A stretch of DNA of 64,000 bases from Gracilinanus agilis (lineage: Eukaryota): contig NC_058133.1 of NCBI RefSeq assembly GCF_016433145.1, forward strand, positions 284,364,202-284,428,201, written 5' to 3'. Each line of letters opens with the position of its first letter. Positions within the stretch are counted from its first letter, which is position 1. Below are positions 40,510 through 52,870 of the stretch, piece after piece. A program made the translations under genes and the position numbers. Below the pieces are notes generated by a model. That model had not been told where the DNA came from. It saw only the letters and a program-made list of their open reading frames with translations, and did no database searches.

Positions 40510-43500
40510 ATTATGTGTTGGAAGTTATCCAGCAGCTCCAGGGGTCTGGAAAGGTGCACGGTTTAGGTGAGAATGAAGAAGAAACTGGAACTGTCCAATT
40601 CATTAACTCATGACTGCTCCTGAGTATTATTTATAACAGTTTCTTACAAAGCACAATTGAAATTAAAGAAGTACATCATGATTGGTGTATAGCTTACAAA
40701 AAATTTCTCTTATCAAGATTATCCCCAGATGAGACAAGGTCCAAGGTTAAAAATGAGTCTCACTTAATCTAAGAGTTATTTTAGTAAAAAGCTTCCATGC
40801 TTCAAACGATAGGTTAGAGAATAAGCCTTTAAGATTGTGGGGTGTATTTTGACATTGAAAAGTACCTAAGTGAGAGTGGAATTTGTCTGGGTCTGCCTTA
40901 CAATGTCCTTGGGATATCTGAAGCAGGGAGAAAAAGATACAGGGCAGCTTCTGCTAATTTCTGCTATTTTCGGCTTGGGGGGAATTTTAACTCCTTAACT
41001 GCTGGTTTACTATAGAGTACTTAGAGGCTTTCTATAAAACTTGAAGCTATCCTAAAAAATTAAATTAATACGCTTTCAATAATAAAAGGAGCCACAGAGA
41101 GGGGTCAAAGTTTTTGGATAACCCATACAAAAAACAGTGTAGGGCTTTGCCAAACTATGTTGATTTGATGGGGTCTAGATAAGAGATTCTATTAAAAGAC
41201 CCTATTTCTCTGAGTGACTCCCAACAATTATGTAAGAAAAAGACCTGGGCCAGATTCCCAAGCCAAAGATCTGATTTTTATTTGTAGGTACAAATACAAA
41301 AAACAAAGGTCTGGCTATGCTCAGATTATGGTAGAGACCCCTTCTTGAAGTTGGCTAGTGGTTATATAAGCTTTTGACAGTTGCTTAACAGGTAACAGAA
41401 AAAATATGTAGAACATGTTCCTAAGTGAGAACATTTTGATGAAATAAATTTCTGTTAAAGGGAGGGGGAAGGCTAAAACTGGGTCAAACCCTTTGTCTTA
41501 ATGAGGTAAGATTAAAATTCCTTTTTTGCATTTCCTAGTCAAGGTATTACAATGTCAGAGCCTCTTACCTCAGTGTCTCAGTCTCTAGAATGTGTGGCAC
41601 AGGAAGTGTCAATTTCTAGCATTGCAGAAGCTCTTATTTTATCACTTGCTATTAAATTCTATCCTTACCTATTAAGATTAATAATTTCCTTATCTATTAT
41701 TATACTTATACACAATTCATTTTAATAACTGACTATAAAGCAGTTGCAGTTTATTAACTAAAGGATTATATATGATCACTCAGCTTAGGATTTATAATAT
41801 GAAAGCAATAAATGGCAAATTCCATTTCATTTTTCCCCTTTTGACACATCCTGACTGCATTCAGGAGTGAATTGGTTACAAGTTTATTCATAAATAGCAT
41901 TCCTCAAAGTGGAAAATACAAACCAGAGGGGAAAGTTCCCTTTTGAGACACAAAATATAAGAAATAGGCAATAGCAGTGGCCAATTAATATCTATAAGGT
42001 CAAAGAAACATCTATCAATGACATGTTTAGACAAATGGCCTGATAAAATGATTTGGTTACCTTGATCTAGCTGTAAAAATATTTGTAGTGAACTTTTAGG
42101 TATTGCAAAATTCTTTAAAGCAGTTGCAATTCCAGCAGATACCTATCAAGAAAAAGCTTTTCATATTTTAGACCCCAAACCATTCCTAAATCAAGATACT
42201 TTTTAAAATAATATTGGCATTTCTTTTCCACAAGAGTGATGACACTTCTCAATCTCAATACACACTAATGTATATCATTTAGTGAAATTCCTTTTAAAAA
42301 ACATAGATATGATGCAAACCAATGCTCTAAAAGCCCATTTAGTGGGATGGTCCCCACAGATCTGATAGGTTACTGTGACTGGCAATATTGGTGGGCCTTA
42401 CTTCTATAATAGATGCTATATTACATGATGAAGAAGGTGAGATCTGTCTGAACAGATACAGTTAGCATCGCTTTCTGGGGAACAGGCCTAGGTGACATCT
42501 GGGAGTTTAGACTAGATAAAACCAAAAAAGGGAAGTCCTCTTGCAAGTCAGAGAATTGAATTTCAGGTTATAGACATAATCTAAGAGAACAAACAAAATT
42601 TCTTGATACAAACAAGGAGTCACTAATTAAGAACAGAATACTCTGGTCCAAGATAATTATGAGTTTTCAGATCAAATGGATCACACCTAGGGTATTCATA
42701 TTCATGCCAGAAAATGCCATCACTATCCTTTCTATTTACATAAATCTTCATAAACTGGAGTTTTTGGTTCTTTACTTCAAAAAGCAATTACAAAAACAAC
42801 TAGTTATCTTGGATAGAAACCTGCCACAACAGCTATAACATAAGATCCAAAGAGAATGATAATCAGAACTATAGCTATCTGAATGTGCTAGGGAAAATGC
42901 TTGTTCCTGCTAGCCAGATGAAAACCAGAGGAAAGCCATGAAAAGGGATTCCACAAAAGGTGAGTGTTTGAAGCAGGTGTTTCATCTCTGATCTGGTGAA
43001 TCTTAGCTAGGGCTCCTTGGAGGACATGAACATCGGTAATGATTTCGCCTGAAGGATTGATGTAGGAACCGCAGGACTAGTTAGTAAGAGCACAGACTCT
43101 TCCTTGAGCAACTGAAATGAAGTCAAGAACTAAATTGATTCTGAATAACCACCTGTGCTAAGGGATTCATTTCATTTTGCAAGTTTGTAATAGCATGCTT
43201 AGTGTTTGCAAATCCTTGAGCCATAAGCCTGCTTTTCAAGCCCCACTGAAGTGATTTCTGACTGAATCATAAGGAAGTATATCCCCACTGCAGGAACTAT
43301 TGAAGAGAAAATGAAAGCCCTGTGCTGCCCAGTTATTTGATAAACATATACTTTCAATCTTAGTCCTTTCATGCCAATAAGCTCCTAGATTCCTAAAAAC
43401 ATGCTTTCCTAATCTTGTGGTATGAGTCAAAACAGATGGATAGGGTACTAGATAACCAATACTGCTTATAACACATCAGTTTTCAATGAGAGTAGCATAA

Positions 43501-44490
43501 ACTCTGTTGCTACAGATAAAAAAAAAATCTGCCCTGCATTGACTGGTTCCCATGGATAGTCTGGAAATGTTAGCTGCTTACCAGAGAGAGACATGTTACT
43601 AAAAGTCAGTCAAAGGGACATATATGGAAGTTAAAGTGTATGTGTGGTCCATTTGAAATTAAAGGAGGGGAAAGCCAAGATGGTGATTTAGTAGCAGTGA
43701 AAGCTGGAACTGTTCCAAGAATGCTCTCAAACCAACCTTAAAAGACTGCCTCAAAACAAAAGGAGTCACAAAACAGTTACAGGCCAGCCACAACAAGATA
43801 CACCTGGATTCTTCTGACCTAGAAGGGAAACTGAGGACTGAAAGGCATGGGTGAAAATTAAAGATTAAAATGAAAGAGGCATAGAGAAGATAAGACACAG
43901 AGAGGGAGTTTTTGGAATCAGTGAAAGGCCAATTGATTCTAGAGTGCTTTAGAGGGTTTATTTAGATGTAAATGAATCAAAGAGAGCTCAGCTAATTCAT
44001 AAAACAAAAGGGTACAGCAAATGTTTTTCACATAGGTGTACAAGGTTCTTCACAAAAAGACAAAAGGAAGCTGAAACTTTCTTCCTTCAGGAACCAACTT
44101 TTAAACTATTCAGGTGTCTTTCTTGACTTTCTAGCCTGTTTCAGGATTTCAGGATTTCTAGCCTGTTTATTCAGATAAGAGAGTTAAGTTTTTTTCTGAT
44201 CTCTAGGAACTTTGCAGTCTGCCCATTGCCATTTTAACTATATGAAGTCACATGCTACATGACATCCCTCAAAGGCTGTTTCAGTTCCGTTCCTTAACCA
44301 GATAAGTTCAACCCCAAGCCAATTTCTCTGATAGAATTATTCAATATAAATCAGTCCTGTGAATTATTAAATATATAGATACAAGACTGACTCAAGAACT
44401 CCTTGCTCTTTGGAATCAGCTTTTGAATACAGATTTATCATTCCCATGACTTGTTATGTCTGAACTCCTTCAAAAACCAACAAAGAGACA
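40510..44490. mobile_element. Unresolved mosaic of old LTR/ERV-internal sequence
   Basis: PPT-like ttttccccttttgaca at about 41830 and LTR-like blocks. The segment around 44270-44490 resembles 62720-62930. No translatable retroviral domain recognised. Confidence 0.35.
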
Positions 44491-44559
44491 GAGTGAGGGG
44501 ACTCTCCTGTGGAAAACAACTTGAAAGGTAGACAGAGAGTCAATTTTCATGGGATTAAG

Positions 44560-45255
44560 GAGAACTAGAAGTAAAATTAAACATAAAGGAGTGCTGGTTG
44601 ACCATACTACACCAGGTTCCAAGCCTGGACATAAGCCTAAGCCAAGAGCAGAGCACCCTACACTCCCATCAAGAAGTCCCAGGCCCTGACATCAGCCCTC
44701 AGGGAGGCCTTGAAGTCTATAGCACTTGGCCCTTTCAAGCCTGTGGGACAGCTCTAGCCACAGGGAAAATTAGTTCACAGTACTAAGTCCGCACCCATCA
44801 GCAGAGGAGATAGAATCAGTAGTTTTCAGAATTCCCAGACCACAGGCCAAAAAAAAAAAAAAAAAAAAAAACACTGGGAAAATGAGCAAACCACAAAAGA
44901 ACCACCTAAGCATAGAAAATTTCTATGGTGACAAAGATCAAGGCCAAATTCAATAGAGACTGGTGAGATCAAAGCAAGTACATGCAAAACTTCAAAGAAA
45001 AATTGAAAATGGCTTCAGGAACTAGAAGAACTCAAAAAGGAATTAAAAAATCAAATTATGAGAGGTAGAAGAAAAATGGGGGAAAGTAATGCAAAAAGAG
45101 CAATTTATAAAGCAAAAATTGGTGAAGTGGAAAAAGAAGCACAAAAAATACAGTGAAGAAAAGAGTCCTTTAAAAAACAGAACTGATCTATTTAAAAAGG
45201 TAAAAAAAATCCATTGAAGAAAAGAGTACCATGAAAAGTAGAATGGATCAAATGG
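44560..45255 (+). mobile_element. L1 5' UTR and ORF1 N-terminal coiled coil (host L1, left piece)
   Basis: ATGAGCAAACCACAAAAGAACCACCTAAGCATAGAAAATTTCTATGGTGAC at about 44882 resembles marsupial L1 ORF1 starts, followed by K/E-rich heptads. Breaks abruptly at TG 45256. Confidence 0.8.
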
Positions 45256-46344
45256 TGTTATCAAAAAATGGGCAAATTTAGTGAAAAAAGAGGGATAAAG
45301 GTGATGAGGTGATAGGAGGAGGAATGAAAGGGATAGCTGAGTGTAGGGAAGGGATGAATGAGGTGGCATATTGGATGGCAAGGGAATGAAAGGGAGTATA
45401 CAGGAGGGTAGCTTGAAAAGGCTTAACACTGAGGCTAGAGACAGAGGATACTGGGGGAGATAGGCTGAACCCTTCAAGGTGAGGAAAGGTATCTCTATAG
45501 GTACAAAGGAGTTGGGTCAATCATAAATTATTTAAATCTGCCTTGAGGGCTTCTCTTGTTAGTTTCTAAAGTCCCTTTCAGAGAGGAGTCAAGAGGACTC
45601 CTCCCTGCCAGTGAAACTGATGGCAGGAGGAAGTCTCAGGTAAGGACTTCCTGCCAAGATGGATGCCCACAGTTCCCTCAAGAAATAAAAGAAAATAATT
45701 CCTTCCCTCTTTAGCCCTTGCCTTAATCTTAGACACAATGATTCACCAGAGGGTTTGAGTAGGGGATTATTAATGTCAGGAATAATCAGAAGGAGAGAGG
45801 GGTTTTGGGTTTTCTAATAGCCACTAGAGAGAAAGCTGAAGGTGGGGGAAGAGTCACAGGAGAGAGTTAGACTGAGAGAGCCTACTCTTCAGTCAGGAAG
45901 ATTTGACTGTCTTAAAGTAAAGTATTTACTAGATCGATAAAATAAGGGATAGCTTGATTTAAGGATGTCCTACTTGCCTACAGAAAACTAAACCCACAAT
46001 GTCTAATCACCAAAACCACCCTTCCTCCCAGAGCCCAAAGGGAAATTCAGGGAAGATAACAGGGGTATAATATGGAGAGGTCAGGGAGAGGTCCAGAGAA
46101 ATCAGCTAGGTTCAAATTGCCAGAGACAAAAGCACAGGCCAAGGCCAAAGCTAAAACCAAAAGCAGAGCCTCAGTTGGAACTTCCGCTCTCTTCAAGCCT
46201 CAGGTTCCAACTGCCTTTTTGTGAACATTCTAAGACTTCTAACTGCCAGGATGTTTACAATTGACTCTTGCGAGAGCAAAAGCCTCTGTTGCATCTTTGC
46301 ATTACAGTCTGCTCATTTGTCTTTTGAAAATTTGCACCTTGCAA
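45256..46344 (-). mobile_element. LTR of about 1.09 kb, probable 3' LTR of the minus-strand ERV
   Basis: TG...CA termini (tgttatc / tgcaaca). Pyrimidine-rich U5-like end on the minus strand and minus-strand AGTAAA at about 45930. No TSD and only a weak PPT, so orientation and linkage to the ERV are inferred. Confidence 0.55.
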
Positions 46345-47997
46345 CATTTTCTGGTTGCTAAGATCTAAAGGATTACTACTCTTATTCTAAGCTAAACTAT
46401 AACTATGCTTTTATCCCTAAGTTTTTCAAAATAATAAAAAGGGTTGTTATCTCTTAAAGTATGCTAAGACTAATCATAAGCTAAAACTAAGATGGGTTAT
46501 AGTAAAGGCATAGGAAAGGAATGTGGATTTAAGTTTTGCAAAAATTTTTGAACAGAAAGGAAAAGCAGATTAAATGAAAACATTCACATACAGTCTTAAA
46601 GCTTAACATTTGCTAACTAAAACAAAGTAATAAATTCTATCTATGTACTTATCTAATTTCATGAACTAACAACAAAAGTATCAACTAAGAAAATTTCTGC
46701 AATCTAAATTTCTAAATTCCAATTCACCTTCTAAAGTTAGTATATGAACATGTTAGTACACTTATGTCTATGTTAGAAACGTTAGTAAGAAAAGATAAGA
46801 CTAAAATTATTTGTAAGACTTTTGTTTAAACTATAGACTTAAGCTACGTATAATATTTACAAAGAAAGTTTAGAAAACTCTGTCCCTGTTCTAACTTATC
46901 AAACTAACTAACTGTCCCTGTGTGTTAGTAAAACTTATTGCTAAGGGTTAGTAAGCAAAATTTACATATTTACATTTTTACAAGAAATGTCAGGTGATTT
47001 GAGTAGAAGATTTCTGAACCAAAGTGGAAAATTCTAAGCTAAGGCAGATAAACTTCTCTCTTAGGTGTAAGTTTGTGTTTCACATGTAGATGTGAAGTTG
47101 GAAAAATGTTCTATGTGTTGTCTAGTATGACCTATCCATGTAATGGAGTGTTACATACTTACTCCTCTGGAATTCTTCTGCAAAGTGTATGTACTGCATG
47201 GATAAAATCTAAAGTGTTGGATGCAGTGAGAATTCTGTTGGGTGTAAGTTATGTTTTTCAAATGCATGGGTCCAACGCTGCTCCAATGATCCTCTTCACA
47301 GTGTGGTTGTTGTCCTTTACATTGATTGTGTATTCAGTCACGGATGTCTTTTGTAGTCTTCAGGTTTGCTGTCCTTGTGATGATCTGTGAAGTCAGCAAT
47401 GCCTCACTTGTGTTGTTTGATGTTATCCCTTACTTGTCAACTTGCACTGGAACTGATGTTCTGGTTTGTTGACTTGTGTCATTTGATGTACCCGTGTTTG
47501 TCATGTTGCACTGGAACTGATGTTCTGGTATGTTGACTTGTGTCAGGAACAAAGTTCAAATGTCCATGAAACATGATTAATCTTTTCTTCTTTCTTTTTT
47601 CTTTGTGGTTTAATAAAGATGATTACAGGTAGCAAGATTTCATGATAAAATCTTTTGTGCTTTCATTTATTTGTCGATGTCAGTGTCTAGGTCTTGGATT
47701 GATTGCAAATCAAATGTGTCTTCTTCTGCTGTTGATTCTTTTTCATTGTCATAATGGTTTATGGATGATTCTTTTAAGTTGTAATTGGGTTTGGGATAAT
47801 CATTTGGGTATAAAATTTGGTGTAATATGTGATTGTTCACTGGTTCTTGGTCTAATTGTGGTTCTGATTCATGCTCTCATTGTTGTTCTAATTGCTGCTC
47901 TGGTTCTATGGTCTCATGTATAGGCTGTGGACTTATTTGACTGATTGGTTGGTGCTAATTGATCATTGTGCTGTATAATATCTGGGCCTTGTGGTCA

Positions 47998-50900
47998 TTA
48001 TTGGGACATGTCTTTTGCTGGCTTGACATGAGTGACATGGAACCAAGGATCCCTCCCTTTAACTTTTATTGCACTAGGAGTTGTTAAAATTATCCGAGAT
48101 GGGCCATGCCACTTGGGTTCTAACACAGACTTCCTACTGAAGTTTCTGATGTAAACATAATCTCCAGGTTGGAAGTTGTGCAGAAATCAAAGGGTACTCT
48201 TTGATTTATCAAACCTATTTTTTGAAGTTGATTTAAGTGTTTGCTTGAGTAATTTAATGTACTCATAGAGTTTGCATTCCATTCCCAGGTGTGATAATTT
48301 GTGAATGCTTTGAGGTGACTTGCCATGGAAAGGTGGATGGCTATACAGCATTTCAAATGGTGATAAGTATGTAATGCTGTTGGGTTGGCATCTGAAGTGG
48401 AATAGTGCCAATGGTAAAGCATCAGGCCATTTCATATGAGATTCTGCACAGATTTTGGCTACTAGAGTCTTCAAAGATCAATTCACTCGTTAAAACTATC
48501 CACTGGATTGTGGTCTGTATATTGAGTGAAGCTGTTGTTTGATTCTTAAGGCCTCATAAACTATAACTAAACTCTTATTAGTGAAATGGGACCCAGAATC
48601 TGAAGCAATATGTAAAGGAACAGAGAATCTGGGTATTAATTCTCTCAGTAAGACTTTCACAACAAACGCTGAAGTGTTACATTTGGCTGGGAAAGTTCCT
48701 GGCCCTTAGTTAATCTATCCACTATCACTAATGCATATCTGTAACTTTGACTCCTTGGCATAGTGATATAATTGATTTGTAAGTATTCGAATGGTGTATA
48801 GGCTAGTGGTTTGCCTCCCAGACTGTGGACTTTTGTAATTGTCTGGTTGAATTGCATACAAATTCTGCACCTCTGTGAAACTCTCATAGCAACTTCATAT
48901 ATGCCCCTTGCATTCCAATACCTAGTTATGGAATCTGCCATGCCCATAATACAGGGATTTAGGCAACATAGGTTTTCCATTTGTCCCCAGCCAAACTCCT
49001 TTAGCTAAGTATGCACCTTGATGTTTCTTCCAATTCTTCACTTCCTTTGGGGAGAAAGCATTTTTGAGATCATCTTCTTCCACCAAAGATAAGTTTAGAA
49101 TTGTATTTGGTCCATACTTCACTGCGAATTTGGCTGTGATATCTGCATGTTTGTTCCCTGATTCCAATGGCTCTTGAATCTTAGTGTGAGTCTTGCAGTG
49201 AATGACTGACACTTGGGCTAGTAATTGGATTGTGTCCAACAACTGATTAATTAAATTCCCATACAGTATCTGTTTGGCATTTGATGTAATGAAGCCTCGA
49301 TTTTTCCAGAGTTCACCAGAATGATGCACAACTCCAAAAGCATAACGAGAATTGGTAAAAATGTTCATTTTGCAATTTTCGGCAAGCTTCAGAGTGTGTA
49401 TCAATCCGACCAATTCTGCCCTTTGAGCACTCATGGTGGATGGTAATGATGAACACCAAAGGGTTTCGGAGGCTGTCACTATGGCTGCTCTGGTATATCT
49501 CTGATTGTCTACTATTATATGATGATCCATCTGTGAATTTTGTCAAATCAGGGTTTTCTATGGGCTTATCGTATAAATCTGCCCTTGTTTTATGCACGAT
49601 GTTAAGCGTGTCTTCACAGATGTGTAGACTTTGTCCCTCCAGAGGTAAATCTGGGATCAGAATCACAGGATTTAAGCTTATGCACCAGTGAAAAGTTGTT
49701 TTCATTAGCCAACAAGATTGCTTGGTATTGTGATATTCTTTGGGAGGTGAACGTTTGTAGTGTGGTGTTTCTTAAAGTAGATTCCACTTGGTCTGGGGAA
49801 AATACTTTCATAGGAAGATGCTTTTCTAATCATGATGGCTACAGCAGCAATAGCTCTTAAACAGCTTGGCATTCCACAGATTACTGAATCTAATTTCAAG
49901 CTATAATAGGCGACTGGTCTTAGGGTATTCCCTGATTGTGTGAGAACACTAGAGGCTATCCCTTTATCCTCGTGGATGTAAAGGAGGAATGGTTCATCAT
50001 GATCAGGGATACCTAGGGCTGGTGCTGATAGAGTGAGTGATTTTAATTTCTCTATAGCATGGATATGGTCTTTTGATAGTTTTAATGGTTCTGGAACTTC
50101 CTTCATGCTTAGCTCTATCAGAGGTTTAGAGATAAGAGCATAACCTGGAATCCAGTTTCTACAGAAGCTCGTTACTCCTATAATTCCCCTGAGCTTCCTC
50201 TTGGTCTTAGGCAAGCTTAAACAAGTATATCTTGTGTTCTCTTTTGGGAAATCTTTCTGGAGCCTTATTCTAGGATGAATCCTAAATTATTTACCTCTTT
50301 CATCACAAATTGAAGTTTGGTTTTGGAAATTTTATGACCCCTTTTGCCTACCTTTTTAATTGAGTGTACACTATCTGTATAACAGACTTCAGAAGACGAT
50401 GACATTAGCAGAATGTCATCAACATAATGTACCATTTTGCTGTCTTGGAAAGTGATCGACTCAAGGTCTTTCTAGAATTTGACAGAAGACCAAAGCTGAA
50501 TCTGAAAAACCCTGGGGCAAACGGGTCCATTGGATGGATTTGCCTTCCAATGTGAAAGTGAACAGCTTCTGGCTGTCTCTGTGCAGAGGAACAGAGAGGT
50601 ATGCAGAGCTCAGGTCCAGAACAGTAAACCAAGCAGCTTCTGGTGGTATTGCTGCTATGATTCGTGATGGACTTGGTACCACAGCATAGGTCTTTTGCAC
50701 ATTGTTGTTGATTGCTCTGAGATCTTGTACTAAGCACCATTGAGTCTTCCCATCAGGAGATAATTTGGCTTTCTTTACAGGCATGATTGGGGTGTTATAT
50801 TGTGAGAAGCCATATTTTAATATACCCTGCTTTAATAAACTCTCTATGATGGGTTTCACTCCCTCAATCACTTCTTGGCTAAGTCTGAACTGAGGAATTC

Positions 50901-51440
50901 TTGGAGGTAAACCTTCTTTTACCTCTATTTTTATTGGTTCTGCTGATAAAATGCTGCCCACGTCATTAGAATTTTTAGCCCACACGTAATCAGGAATATT
51001 GTTAGGAACCTCATAGATGTTGTCATTTGATTGGTAAGTTGGTTCCTCACTACATGGGTCTAAAAATAAATTGGGATGGTATTTCAGAGATCTCTTGGGT
51101 AGGTGGAGATAGATTTGTCCATCCGGTTGACATTGGATGGTGGCAGCCAATTTACACAGGAGATCTTGCCCCACGAGGTTCGAAGGACACGATGGCATCA
51201 ATAAAAAGGTGTGTTCGAGAGTTAGAAGGCCAAATTTTACCATTTTAACTTTTAGCTTCGGGACTTGTTGGGCTATCCCAGAATCTCCTCTCGCTCTCAA
51301 ACTACCCTGATATTGGCATCCTTTGGGTGCGTCACATAAAACAGAACATGTTGCACCAGTGTCCAATAATCCTTCATAGTGTACCCCCCCCCAATTTCTA
51401 AGGTAACTAGTTATTCTCCACTGTCATTGGACTTCACTGG
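47998..51440 (-). pseudogene. pol: ERV pro-pol, class I (epsilon-like), fragmented by frameshifts and stops
   Basis: Protease LLDTGATCSVL (about 51366). RT QDLRAIN, TRLPQGF and YVDD (50415-50426). RNase H FTDGSS and IHCKTH...GNKHAD. Integrase CRIC, PFEYLQINYITMP, WPDALPLAL and C-terminal WHGP...WFHVTHVK, with TAA at 47998-48000. Confidence 0.96.
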
Positions 51441-51532
51441 CACTAGGGGTAATAAAGAATCCTCAGTTTTGTGTGTGCACTTATTATTGATCCAGTATCA
51501 CATATGGTCATTTGTATCTAAACCAGAACTTC

Positions 51533-52870
51533 CTATAGTACCATCAGGCAAGTCAAGTTTAGAATCAGAAGAACAATAGAAGGCAGGCTTAGAGAGTTTT
51601 CTCTCTCTCTCTCATTAAGAGCTGGAGAGTCATTATCAGTTGTGCAAACTTCATGTTGGTTTTTGCTAAGGGCTGCAGAAATGGAGGTTTGGTCTGATTC
51701 ACTATCCACTCTGTTATCTAAAGAACCGTCAAAACCCAAATAAGAAGTTTTCCCATTGGTTGTATCTGGGAATGTATGGTAGTTAGTTTGTGTTCCCTTC
51801 AACACCTCTGGTACGACTGCTGACACATGAGCTGACTGAAGTTCCCTACTTTGCCCTGAAGTTTGTGTGGCTGAAGTCAGATGGTTTTTGTCTTCAATCA
51901 CTGAACAAACTTCATTGATGTTACTAAGCACACTGGTTACTGGGGATGACAACTGCTCCCTTTCCCTTCCCCAAGCTTCTGGTTGGAATTCTTCAGCTAA
52001 GGGGTTGAGAAAGGTGGGTTTAGAATTTCCTAAGCAGCTGTCAGCACCCTGCAACTCAGTGGGTTGCACTTTTAAAGTTAAGTCTTTGCCAACATACTGA
52101 TTTGGTTGCTCTCTATCCTCTTTCTGTGACATTGTGTCTGAAGCAAGTGAATGGGATTTGACTTTGGGATCTAACTCCCCCAAGGTTACTAAATGCATTC
52201 TTTTCTGAATACATTGTAAATCCTTGCCATAATGTTCTTTATCCAAGCTGCCCAGTTGTTTTAGACTTGGAATAAAGAGAGGAGTTTGAGGCTTTGATGA
52301 CTTTGAACAAGATTGCAAAGATTCATGATGCAAGCTGTTGCAAATGCTTGTATGATCCTTATGCTTCTCATCCAATGTTTTTGTGATGGAATGAGAAAGC
52401 GGACTCCTTATGTAGTCATCTTCACTATTGCCATATATTTCTCTGCGCATTTGCATTATGTCCTCCCATTGTTGATTATCTGCCACAGACATATTTTTAT
52501 ATTCTGTGCAGCTTGCTTGAGACATCTGTTCTGTTTTGCCCAGTTTTTCAATTTTATTTTCCCCACTCAGACTATATATCCTCACACCCAAATTATAATT
52601 ATTAGACCTTTTTAAATTAGGAATCTTGATTCATAACGACTTTGGCTTCGTTCCCATCTGTATGTATCTTTCCATTTCTTTTAGGGATGGAGATTGACTA
52701 AATTTCTTGCATGAATGGCTACAGCAAGGACCATCATGCTTGCTTTCCTCACTTCTCTTTGTATCATTATTGTTTTTGGACCATTTTGTGTTATAATAGG
52801 TCCATCTTGTACCTCTGTCTCTTTGGCTATAATTGTCATTTTTGATAAAGTCAATTTGTTGTCGAAATTT
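51533..52870 (-). CDS. Long post-nucleocapsid reading frame of the ERV (445 codons, one internal TGA at 52631-52633), unknown function, contains a PAM2 motif
   Basis: ORFs 52631..52915 and 51533..52591 are in the same frame, separated by TGA plus 13 sense codons. S/Q/E/T-rich and probably disordered. Confidence 0.7.

Noticed and set aside
45043-45520. Hydrophobic 144-aa and 80-aa minus-strand ORFs
   Set aside because: Antisense reading of purine-rich L1 ORF1 and LTR sequence.
46345-46370. ttttcTGGTTGCTAAGATC after the LTR as a plus-strand PBS
   Set aside because: It does not match any tRNA 3' end I can recall beyond TGGT. LTR composition favours minus orientation, but this remains uncertain.
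47642-47923. Very hydrophobic plus-strand ORF resembling a membrane protein
   Set aside because: It is the antisense of the A/C-rich ERV strand; the hydrophobicity follows from T/G bias.
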